From Thermoplasmata archaeon (GTDB lineage: Archaea; Thermoplasmatota; Thermoplasmata; Thermoplasmatales; Thermoplasmataceae), in contig JAJZXU010000022.1 of the NCBI GenBank assembly GCA_021806235.1, positions 12,606-76,605 of the forward strand: a DNA stretch of 64,000 bases, given 5' to 3'. The notes under the pieces were generated by a model. That model made no database searches, was not told where the DNA came from, and worked only from the letters and a program-made list of their open reading frames with translations. The position numbers and the translations under genes were made by a program. This document shows, piece after piece, positions 11,701 through 19,483 of the stretch (the first letter of the stretch is position 1; each line of letters begins with the position of its first letter).

Positions 11701-11885
11701 TATCATTAATAATAAATACACCGTCAGAAACATACGGTTCCATGAGAGATGGGTTTGCAATAAGGGAACTGGGAATAAAGATGGATATACCTGTTATAAC
11801 AAATATAAAATTTGCAGAAAAATTAATAGATTCCATACTATCAGACAATAAAATTGAATACAGGGAATTAGCGGAATATTATTAA
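8733..11885 (+). CDS. carB: Carbamoyl-phosphate synthase large subunit
   Basis: GSGPIVIGQAAEFDYSG, duplicated ATP-grasp, MGS tail; SD AGGTG before ATG 8733. Confidence 0.97.
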   Translation: MIKSLKCTLVIGSGPIVIGQAAEFDYSGSQACLALKEEGIKTVLLNSNPATIQTDKEIADKIYIEPIEPDTVIEIIRKEKIDSILPSTGGQVGLNLVILLGKLGILSMYNIKVLGTPVSSIEIAEDRNKFFNLMKKINEPIIDSYTLKKDNYMDEIGKIKRYPLILRTGFSLGGSGGTVINDKNELLKYCNEYFSIKNYDIELDESLLGLKEIEYEMMRDNNGNCISICNMENLDPMGVHTGESIVVTPSLTLSNDDYQKLRTSAIHIVSEIGVVGSCNIQFALNQKTNEYYVVEVNPRTSRSSALASKASGYPIARISTKIAMGYNLNEIKNPITKNTYAAFEPSLDYITVKIPRWPFDKFSVKRDIGIEMKSIGEAMGIGRIFEEALLKSISSLDIKNSKTLRLFTNKDETMELLEGSTDQRIFAIFEALFQDIDMNIICEKTGYDDFFVNKMNNIVNAIKNIEINSIDNIRELKILGISDETVSYYAKMDILDIIKYRFKNNILPAYKNIDTCSAEFNSDTPYLYSCYDVYSDLKVKNSRKIIIIGSGPNRISQGVEFDYGAVKSIIALKKLGYTSIMVNSNPETVSTDFDVSDILYFEPITLEHISNIIKRENPDGIIIQFSGQTGQNMAKDLNELFNNIILGTKPEDIYKIEERTIFSRKLRELNIKQPNFIEINNLNDMEEKIIKIKLPVIIRSSFIIGGRAMDIIYDYDILSKRVKELFTERPGYPILISEYLQEATEIDVDFVSDKNKSVLCGISVHIEEAGTHSGDATMVLGPDAIDNKKTDEIEKIVEKMRSNFNLIGLSNLQIAIKNDDIYIIELNSRSSRSIPFVSKATDINWVEAGIKAIFGNDIDEKYIIPKSHFIKVPVFPFKRFKDLDVILGPEMKSTGEAMCCGKTFNESMSKVIKIMKRNFKLESVIITVNDSDKDIAIKIARELNKNSIKIYATPGTSKKLNDSKIENITVYRIKDMRSPGLIEAIKNDNISLIINTPSETYGSMRDGFAIRELGIKMDIPVITNIKFAEKLIDSILSDNKIEYRELAEYY

Positions 11886-12814
11886 AAATTATTTTTATAC
11901 TTTTCGAGATTTTGAATTCTTTTTGCGGGATGTGGATGGTCTGAAAATAATGATCTCGGTGCCTTCATTGTCTTTAATTTTTCTATAGTGTCATCTATAT
12001 CATCAAAGAAATCTGTTTTAAAATTATTATCTGAAAACATTAACATATCATTTATTGAACGTTTTTTATTTCTCCCATAATTTTGTGTATCTTTTGTTAA
12101 TTTCGCCAGGCTTCTCTGCAGATTGTATGCACCACCGGGTACTGTCTTTGCAGAATTCACATCAGCATATGATTCCCTTATTCTATTTACACCTAATATC
12201 ATTATATTAAACACAAAACTCAGTGCAAATAATAACACTGCAATTAAAAGGAAATTTCCACTTTTTCTTGATCCAAAACCGGAAAATAGAGTTCCATAGG
12301 CCATATAGAATATCAATGTGGGTATCAGGCCTATAGCCATCAGTAATTCCATGTCGTGATGCCTGATGTGGCCAATTTCGTGGCCTGTTACTGCTAACAA
12401 TTCATCATGGTTTAACGTGTTTAATATGCTCTTCGTAAATGCTATTCTTTTTCCGGTTAATGGAGAACCGTAGGCAAATGCATTCGGTGATCCGTTTAAT
12501 GCTACATATATTTCCGGAATTTTGTGTATATTATTGTAATTGCATGCTTCCCTTACAATATCAAACAGCTCAGGGTATTCCGACTCAGCTGCTTTTTTTA
12601 ATTTAAACGTTAACCCGACCAGATATGGGCTTAATAACCACTGAACCATATCAATGAAGAGCATTATAATTAATAGCAGGTAAATTAATGATGATGTTAC
12701 TGTTATTCCATACAGATAAACAAGAACACCGGCTACAACAAAGGCAAAGATCAATGCTATTGCCATCCCCACAAGTACAGTTATAAATCTTAATTTGAAT
12801 GCATATGTATCCAT
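11882..12814 (-). CDS. htpX: M48 zinc metalloprotease HtpX
   Basis: PNAFAYG, HEIGH, RESYAD, DHP..KRI; TM segments. Confidence 0.9.
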   Translation of the reverse strand: MDTYAFKLRFITVLVGMAIALIFAFVVAGVLVYLYGITVTSSLIYLLLIIMLFIDMVQWLLSPYLVGLTFKLKKAAESEYPELFDIVREACNYNNIHKIPEIYVALNGSPNAFAYGSPLTGKRIAFTKSILNTLNHDELLAVTGHEIGHIRHHDMELLMAIGLIPTLIFYMAYGTLFSGFGSRKSGNFLLIAVLLFALSFVFNIMILGVNRIRESYADVNSAKTVPGGAYNLQRSLAKLTKDTQNYGRNKKRSINDMLMFSDNNFKTDFFDDIDDTIEKLKTMKAPRSLFSDHPHPAKRIQNLEKYKNNF

Positions 12815-12916
12815 AATACCATGATTGCAAAATACAGATTTAAATATTGTTAAATAATGATTGGTATCTAATATTAAATCCTAAAAAAATATTAACGGTA
12901 TTATAATTGCCATTAA

Positions 12917-13558
12917 ATGAAGGATTTTGAAATAATTTATAAAAAGGTTAAAAAAATGGCACCCGAACATCATTTTGAATTCAAAAATGACCCGTTCTGG
13001 ATACTGATAACAACAATATTATCACATAGAACAAAGGATAAAACAACCGATGAAGCAGCAAGGTCATTATACAATATATACAAAGATTCGTATGGGCTTG
13101 AAAATGCGGATGCCGGTGACATAAAAAAGATAATAAAAAACGTTGGATTCAGCAATGTAAAATCAAAAAGATTGATAGAGGTATCAAAAATAATAAATCA
13201 TGATTACGGTGGAAAGGTTCCGGACAGTCATGATGAACTGATAAAAATACCGGGAGTTGGCAGTAAAACGGCAAACATTGTTTTAACACAGGGCTATAAT
13301 ATACCCGCAATAGCTGTTGATACACATGTTTTCAGAATATCAAACCGTATAGGGCTTGTAAAAACAAAAACCCCCGATGAAACTGAGGAAGCCCTAAAGA
13401 AGATAATACCGGTAAAAGATCAGATAGAATTTAATCCTGTATTTGTGGAATTTGGAAAGAATATATGTAAACCTGTATCCCCAAAATGCAATGTGTGTTT
13501 ATTAACAAGATGCTGTGATTATTATATAAATGGTATGGAAATAAAAAACAAAAAATAG
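12917..13558 (+). CDS. nth: Endonuclease III
   Basis: HhH IPGVGSKTA, VDTHVFR, C-x6-C-x2-C-x5-C cluster. Confidence 0.95.
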   Translation: MKDFEIIYKKVKKMAPEHHFEFKNDPFWILITTILSHRTKDKTTDEAARSLYNIYKDSYGLENADAGDIKKIIKNVGFSNVKSKRLIEVSKIINHDYGGKVPDSHDELIKIPGVGSKTANIVLTQGYNIPAIAVDTHVFRISNRIGLVKTKTPDETEEALKKIIPVKDQIEFNPVFVEFGKNICKPVSPKCNVCLLTRCCDYYINGMEIKNKK

Positions 13559-13577
13559 ATATATTAATGTGTCTTCT

Positions 13578-13793
13578 ATGGTTATGGAGTTGAAAGTCAA
13601 TAGCGAGATGGATGTTGATAGGAGTCTCTGCAATTACTGTGGTGCATGTGTTGGTATGTGCCCAACAGATGCAATTTTTATGGATGAGACTGTTATTGAT
13701 ATCAATGAAGAAAAATGCATAAAATGTGGTTTTTGTGTTGTGGGATGCCCTACAGCTGCAATTTCAGCGGAGTGGTTCCATGCTAAATTATGA
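13578..13793 (+). CDS. 2[4Fe-4S] ferredoxin
   Basis: CNYCGACVGMCP and CIKCGFCVVGCP. Confidence 0.92.
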   Translation: MVMELKVNSEMDVDRSLCNYCGACVGMCPTDAIFMDETVIDINEEKCIKCGFCVVGCPTAAISAEWFHAKL

Positions 13794-14970
13794 TGTTTTG
13801 GTAATAGGCGCAGGTCCCGCAGGGAGTTCTGCGGCAAGATATGCTTCAAGATATGGTTTAAAAACTTTATTAATAGAGAAAAGGCCAGATATAGGGTCAC
13901 CTGTAAGATGCGGTGAGGGTGTTTCAAAATCATGGATGCCGGAGGTGGATTTAAAACCTGACCCACACTGGATATCGGTTGAGGTTAAGGGTGCGAGAAT
14001 ATATGGACCATCCGAGAGGAACCCTATAATGTTAACCGCGGAAAATGCTGGAAACGAAGTTGGATATGTTATAGAAAGGGATAAATTCGATAAACACGTT
14101 GCAGCTTTAGCAGCATCCGAGGGTTCAGATATATGGGTTAAATCACCTGCGGTTGGTATTATAAAGGAAGGAAATAGAATTGTGGGTGCCAGAATAAGGC
14201 ATAATGCAGAAATAGTTGATGTAAAAGCTAAAATAGTAATAGCAGCGGATGGCTTTGAAAGTGAGTTCGGAAGATGGGCTGGATTAAAATCATTAATTTT
14301 AGCAAAAAACGATATAATATCCGCAATAGAATACAGAATGATAAATGTTGATTCAAATGAAGATTATACAGATTTTTATCTGGGGTCAATAGCACCTGCC
14401 GGTTATTTATGGGTATTCCCTAAGGGTCCCCATGAGGCTAACGTCGGTATAGGGGTAACAATATCAAGAATGAAAGATCGCTGGGATGTTAAAAACTATC
14501 TGGATAACTGGATAAATTCACATCCGGGATACAAAAAAGGTAAAATAATACAGGAAATAACAGGTGGCGTTTCGGTAAATAAGGTAAGGGATAAAATGAC
14601 ATTGCCTGGACTGATGGTCATAGGTGATGCTGCAAGATTAATAGACCCTATAACCGGTGGTGGTATAGCAAATGGTTTAATATCAGGAAAATATGCGGCA
14701 CAGGTTGCAAAAAAGGCAATAGATGCGAATGATTTTTCAGAAGAAATGCTGAGAAATTATGAGCTAATGGTAAAGGAAAAGCTTGAAAGAAAACATTTAA
14801 GAAACTGGTTTGCAAAGGAAAAATTGGGTACATTATCAGATGATACCCTGGATAAATTGATTGATGTTGTATCCGGTGTTAGAATAAATGAAATATCTGT
14901 TGAAAAAATACTGAAAGCTGTCCAGGTAAAATATCCTGAACTTGTAGAACAGTTAGAAGATTTAATTTAA
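13780..14970 (+). CDS. Digeranylgeranylglycerophospholipid reductase (GGR)
   Basis: GAGPAG, RCGEG, PAGYLWVFPKG, GDAARLIDPITGGG. Confidence 0.92.
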   Translation: MLNYDVLVIGAGPAGSSAARYASRYGLKTLLIEKRPDIGSPVRCGEGVSKSWMPEVDLKPDPHWISVEVKGARIYGPSERNPIMLTAENAGNEVGYVIERDKFDKHVAALAASEGSDIWVKSPAVGIIKEGNRIVGARIRHNAEIVDVKAKIVIAADGFESEFGRWAGLKSLILAKNDIISAIEYRMINVDSNEDYTDFYLGSIAPAGYLWVFPKGPHEANVGIGVTISRMKDRWDVKNYLDNWINSHPGYKKGKIIQEITGGVSVNKVRDKMTLPGLMVIGDAARLIDPITGGGIANGLISGKYAAQVAKKAIDANDFSEEMLRNYELMVKEKLERKHLRNWFAKEKLGTLSDDTLDKLIDVVSGVRINEISVEKILKAVQVKYPELVEQLEDLI

Positions 14971-15079
14971 AGTAAATTTTTATTATATTATTATTTTTTA
15001 ACTTATTTGAATGGGATTATAAATAAATTATTAAATATAACCATAAATCCAGAGCTGTGAAATGAATGTTGTTATGAAT

Positions 15080-16450
15080 TTATTTCGTATCTAAACCCAT
15101 GTTATCCAGGCCAAAATCCCCACCCTTTATCTGTGATTTTAACAGTTTTCTGAAATTCCTGTTGCCTTTCATCATTTTCAGATTGTTCTTCATTCCGCGG
15201 TATTCTTTTAATAATTCACGGACGCTTGCTTCTCCCCTGCCTGATCCCATTGCCACCCTTTTTATCCTTTTTGCATTCAATAAATCGGGATTTTCTAATT
15301 CATCAAATGTCATTGAATCTAATACAACCCTGTATAACTTTAATTTTACATCGGCCTGGTCTATCTGCGATTCATTTATCTTATTCCCACCAGGAAGTTT
15401 AGTTAATGGTAAGGAACCAAATATTTTTTTTAATAGACCGGGTTTAGAAAACTTCTCCCAGACATCATACATATCCATTAAATTGAATTTGCCAGACATC
15501 AATTTTTCCAGGGATTCCTCCGCCTCTTCCTCTGTGAGGTTTGTTTCCTTAACGGCCTCCATCAGGGCATCAATATCACCCATACCCAGTAATCTTGATA
15601 GGAATTTTTTTGGGTTGAATATTTCAAGGTCATCCACATGCTCGCCTGTACCTATAAAATAAACCGGGGATTTTATATCAGCAACTGCACTTAAGGCACC
15701 TCCAGCCTTTCCGGTACCGTCCATTTTGGTAATTATAACACCATTTATATTTACCGCATTGTTTAGTGCTGCAGCCTGCGGACCTGCCTGCTGACCAAGT
15801 GTTGCATCTATAACAAACAACACATTATCTGGCTTTATTTTCTCCTTTATTTCCTTAACCTCGTTGATTAATTCATCATCAAGGGAATCCCTGCCACTGG
15901 TATCTATAATTTTTATTTTTGTATCCAGTTCCTTTATACCATTTTTAACTATTTTTAATGCGCTTTTTTCGCCCTTCTCACCATAAAATTTTGAATTTAT
16001 ACCCTTTGATATCTGGTACAGTTGTTCATATGCACCGGGCCTGTGGACATCAGCTGCTATTAAACCCGCAGAAAAACCTTTTTTCATAAACAGTTTCGCT
16101 AATTTGCCTGCTGTTGTTGTTTTTCCATTACCATATAAACCCACAAGCATTATTGTCTGCGGTTTCAGTTCAAAATTTGCATTCTCTCCAAGAATTTTTA
16201 ATAATTCATCATAGATAATCCTTATAATATAGTCCTGATTTGTCATGCCTGCAGGTGGTTTTTCATTTAACGCCCTTTCCTGAACGGTATTTGTTAATTT
16301 TAAAACAAGCTTTACATTTACATCTGCCTTTAATAAAGCCCTTTGAATGTCCTTAGTAACCTCCTTTATGGTATCCTTATCTATATAACTTGCACCTGAT
16401 ACTTTTCGTATTATACCCTTTAATGAATCTGATAAACTTTCAAGAGCCAT
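15080..16450 (-). CDS. srp54: Signal recognition particle protein SRP54
   Basis: GLYGNGKTTT, DTSGR, TKMDGTGKAGGALS, M-domain. Confidence 0.97.
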   Translation of the reverse strand: MALESLSDSLKGIIRKVSGASYIDKDTIKEVTKDIQRALLKADVNVKLVLKLTNTVQERALNEKPPAGMTNQDYIIRIIYDELLKILGENANFELKPQTIMLVGLYGNGKTTTAGKLAKLFMKKGFSAGLIAADVHRPGAYEQLYQISKGINSKFYGEKGEKSALKIVKNGIKELDTKIKIIDTSGRDSLDDELINEVKEIKEKIKPDNVLFVIDATLGQQAGPQAAALNNAVNINGVIITKMDGTGKAGGALSAVADIKSPVYFIGTGEHVDDLEIFNPKKFLSRLLGMGDIDALMEAVKETNLTEEEAEESLEKLMSGKFNLMDMYDVWEKFSKPGLLKKIFGSLPLTKLPGGNKINESQIDQADVKLKLYRVVLDSMTFDELENPDLLNAKRIKRVAMGSGRGEASVRELLKEYRGMKNNLKMMKGNRNFRKLLKSQIKGGDFGLDNMGLDTK

Positions 16451-16499
16451 AATTAAACATTTAAAAATAATATTTAGTTTTATCTAATTTACAAAGATG

Positions 16500-16805
16500 T
16501 TAGTATTCTCTCCATCTGTATCCACATGATTCACAGGTATAGAATTTTGTTTCTGGCTCATCGGCCGACCTTGTTTGCTTTAATAGATAGTATGCACCGG
16601 TATGGTGGCATTTAGGGCATACGGCATCGCTATCCAGTGGTTCTGCACTAACCTCCTTTGCAACCATTACAATCTCCTTATCCGAACTCCGTGATGTTAT
16701 CCTCTGACTTGTAACAGCCTCCTTTAAAACTTTATATCCACAACTATTACATACATATTTATCTTTATTTGGAGTCATTAATGAACCACACTTAGGACAG
16801 AACAT
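16500..16805 (-). CDS. tfs: Transcription factor S
   Basis: Two Zn ribbons and QTRSADEP. Confidence 0.95.
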   Translation of the reverse strand: MFCPKCGSLMTPNKDKYVCNSCGYKVLKEAVTSQRITSRSSDKEIVMVAKEVSAEPLDSDAVCPKCHHTGAYYLLKQTRSADEPETKFYTCESCGYRWREY

Positions 16806-16872
16806 TAGTCAGTATTACAGAAAAATATTTAAATTTATTTAGATAGAAGGTTTAAATAAAAATTGCCCATAT

Positions 16873-17274
16873 ATGGGTATGGATATAAAATATATATTGA
16901 AAAATTATAAGAACATAGCAGTTGTTGGATTATCCGATAAACCTGACAGGTATAGCTATCTGGTTGCCGACTATTTATTAAGAAATGGATATAATATTAT
17001 ACCGGTAAATCCAAACATAGAAGAATGGCAGGGAATTAAAGTATATAAGAATATAAAATCAATAGATAGAAATATTGATGTGGTAGATATATTCAGAAAA
17101 CCCGAATTTATTCCAGAAATAGTCAATGAAGCAATTGGAAAATCAAAAGTTATATGGATGCAGGAGGGAATAATAAATGATGAGGCAAAAGATATTGCAG
17201 AAAAAAATAATATGTATGTTATAATGGATAAATGCATGAAAAAGGAACATGAAAAATTAAATAAAGGTAATTGA
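16873..17274 (+). CDS. CoA-binding protein (YccU-like)
   Basis: IAVVGLSDKPDR, PVNP, DVVDIFR, WMQEG. Confidence 0.9.
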   Translation: MGMDIKYILKNYKNIAVVGLSDKPDRYSYLVADYLLRNGYNIIPVNPNIEEWQGIKVYKNIKSIDRNIDVVDIFRKPEFIPEIVNEAIGKSKVIWMQEGIINDEAKDIAEKNNMYVIMDKCMKKEHEKLNKGN

Positions 17275-17285
17275 TACACAATAAA

Positions 17286-17369
17286 GCTGGGATAGCCTAG
17301 CCTGGTAAGACGGTAGATTCGAAATCTACTGCTAGAAATAGCTCGGGAGTTCAAATCTCCCTCCCAGCG
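17286..17369 (+). tRNA. tRNA-Ser(CGA)
   Basis: Acceptor GCTGGGA/TCCCAGC, anticodon arm GTAGA-TTCGAAA-TCTAC, long variable arm, T-arm GGGAG-TTCAAAT-CTCCC; CCA not encoded. Confidence 0.96.
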
Positions 17370-17406
17370 CTCAAAAAATATAAAAATGATAAGACAATGT
17401 CATACC

Positions 17407-17886
17407 ATGAAATTATTAACACACTACATATTTTCAACTGGCCTGCTGGCATTCATAGGATCACTATTTTCTGGGAATTTTGGTTTGTTTATTTCAGCAT
17501 TTATAATATCAGTAATCTCAAATTACATAATAGACCGGTTCGGGCATAAAATAAGAAATGGATTTTATACAAGAACAAAAAGGACACATTCTATCAATAA
17601 CAGCATCATGATTGGTTTGATGCCTGCATTTGCTTTAATGTTTGCCCTTGATATATATCATAGTATTATAATAAACAGTGAAATAATTGCAGTATTCTAT
17701 CAGGGATTTTTTGCAGGGCCTTCACATTTGTTTCTGGATGCATTTACATGTAATGGAATATTTATAAAAAGTGGAAATAAATTTAAAAGATTTACCTTTC
17801 TGCATTTAAAATATAATAATAAGGCAGTAAATTATTTATTTATTTTCTTGGGGTTATTATTTATAATTGCTTCAATAAATTTATAA
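17407..17886 (+). CDS. DUF1286-like membrane protein (possible metal-dependent hydrolase)
   Basis: MKLLTHYIFS, IDRFGH, RTHS, SHLFLDAFT His/Asp motifs; hydrophobic. Confidence 0.7.
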   Translation: MKLLTHYIFSTGLLAFIGSLFSGNFGLFISAFIISVISNYIIDRFGHKIRNGFYTRTKRTHSINNSIMIGLMPAFALMFALDIYHSIIINSEIIAVFYQGFFAGPSHLFLDAFTCNGIFIKSGNKFKRFTFLHLKYNNKAVNYLFIFLGLLFIIASINL

Positions 17887-18840
17887 TGATATTTTACCTG
17901 GTATTTTTGGAAATGGCGATACATCCTCTATCCTTTTAACACCACAGATAAATCTTGTGAATCTTTCAATCCCTATACCAAATCCTGTTGATAATTTTAT
18001 TCCGTGTTTAGCCAGTTCTATGAACCATTTAAACTGTTCTTCTGTCTGGTCTTTTTTGTGTATTCTTTCAAGTATTTTTGATAATTCGAATTCCCTTTCT
18101 CCACCTGATGATGCCTCCTGATAGCCCTCAGGATATATTAAATCCATATCCCTTAATATGCCGGGTTTATCTGGATATTCCCGATCATAGAACTCTCTTT
18201 CCCCTAACGGTATATCTATTAACCACACGGGTGATTTTGCTTCCAGTGACAGCTTTTTCTCAAAATCCCTGCCATATTTCTTCTCTGCATAGGCATATGT
18301 TATTTTATCAAATGGTTTTTTATAATCCGGTAGTTCCCTGTGGAAATACTTTAATTCTTCTGGATGCTCCTTCTTTATTCTGTCTATTGTGTATATAATT
18401 AAATCCTCTGCCAGATCCATCATTTCCTCCCGCGATTTATCCAAAGCCTCTACATCTATCTGTGAAAATTCATACAGATGCCTGCCGGTGGCTGATCTTT
18501 CTTCCTGTTCCAGCCTTATGTTGGGAGACATTATAAAGATCTTTTTTAATTCCTGCACGGCTATTTGCTTATGGAATATCATACTTTTTGTAATCCACAT
18601 ATCACCACCATATGCATGTATTCTTGGATCATATACTGGATGGTTTAATGGGTCTGTTAACGGCGAAATTATAATGGGTGGTATTTCAATATACCCCCGG
18701 GATCTTAAGAAATCCATTACATATTCCCTTACATAGCCCTGAGTAACTATCGCATGCTTAACCCTTTCATCTGAGAGATGCTTTATTGAACTCTCTATTT
18801 CACTTACAACATATTCTTCTTTTTGATTGACTGTTTCCAT
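17881..18840 (-). CDS. asnA: Archaeal asparagine synthetase A (AsnRS-like, no anticodon domain)
   Basis: Class II aaRS core only: SMIFHKQ, SPNIRLE, RHLYEFSQIDVE, SGGERE, GIGIER; 319 aa. Confidence 0.85.
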   Translation of the reverse strand: METVNQKEEYVVSEIESSIKHLSDERVKHAIVTQGYVREYVMDFLRSRGYIEIPPIIISPLTDPLNHPVYDPRIHAYGGDMWITKSMIFHKQIAVQELKKIFIMSPNIRLEQEERSATGRHLYEFSQIDVEALDKSREEMMDLAEDLIIYTIDRIKKEHPEELKYFHRELPDYKKPFDKITYAYAEKKYGRDFEKKLSLEAKSPVWLIDIPLGEREFYDREYPDKPGILRDMDLIYPEGYQEASSGGEREFELSKILERIHKKDQTEEQFKWFIELAKHGIKLSTGFGIGIERFTRFICGVKRIEDVSPFPKIPGKISL

Positions 18841-18933
18841 AATTATATAATTATACCGCTATTTATAAATTTTCTATACGCTTTTGTGTTATTAAAACAA
18901 ACCTTTTATATACTTACATGTCATTTTGATTTT

Positions 18934-19377
18934 ATGCTTGATAGCGTGGATAAAAAAGATGTGAAAATAATAGATTACCTGAAAGAGCATGGCAGGGACA
19001 AGATTTCTGATCTGTCCAATGCATTAAATATACCCAGGGCCACAATATTTGAAAGAATGGAAAGATTGAGAAAGGACGGTTTTATCAAAAAATATACGGT
19101 TGACCTTAATTATGAAAAACTTGGTTACTCTGTATTATCATATATACTTATACAGTACGACTCTAAATCAAAAACCGATCAGAGAACATTATGCAACAAT
19201 CTGGCTAAACTTGATAGCGTTATATCTGCATCAATTATAACCGGTGACTGGGATATTATGATTTTAACTGCACAGAAATCAATGAAGGATCTATCAAATT
19301 TCGTCCTTGAAAAATTGAGGACACTAGATGGTGTTGAAAAAAGTTTAACAATACCACTATTCGAAAGAATATTATAA
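18934..19377 (+). CDS. Lrp/AsnC transcriptional regulator
   Basis: DKKDVKII...HTH...GFIKKYTV, ITGDWD. Confidence 0.92.
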   Translation: MLDSVDKKDVKIIDYLKEHGRDKISDLSNALNIPRATIFERMERLRKDGFIKKYTVDLNYEKLGYSVLSYILIQYDSKSKTDQRTLCNNLAKLDSVISASIITGDWDIMILTAQKSMKDLSNFVLEKLRTLDGVEKSLTIPLFERIL

Positions 19378-19399
19378 ATAAAATGCATTATGATATGAA

Positions 19400-19483
19400 G
19401 CTGGGATAGCCTAGCCTGGTAAGACGCAGGTCTGGAAAACCTGTGCTCGTAAGAGCCCGGGAGTTCAAATCTCCCTCCCAGCG
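19400..19483 (+). tRNA. tRNA-Ser(GGA)
   Basis: Acceptor GCTGGGA/TCCCAGC, anticodon arm CAGGT-CTGGAAA-ACCTG, variable arm GCTC-GTAA-GAGC, T-arm; followed by a T run. Confidence 0.96.
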
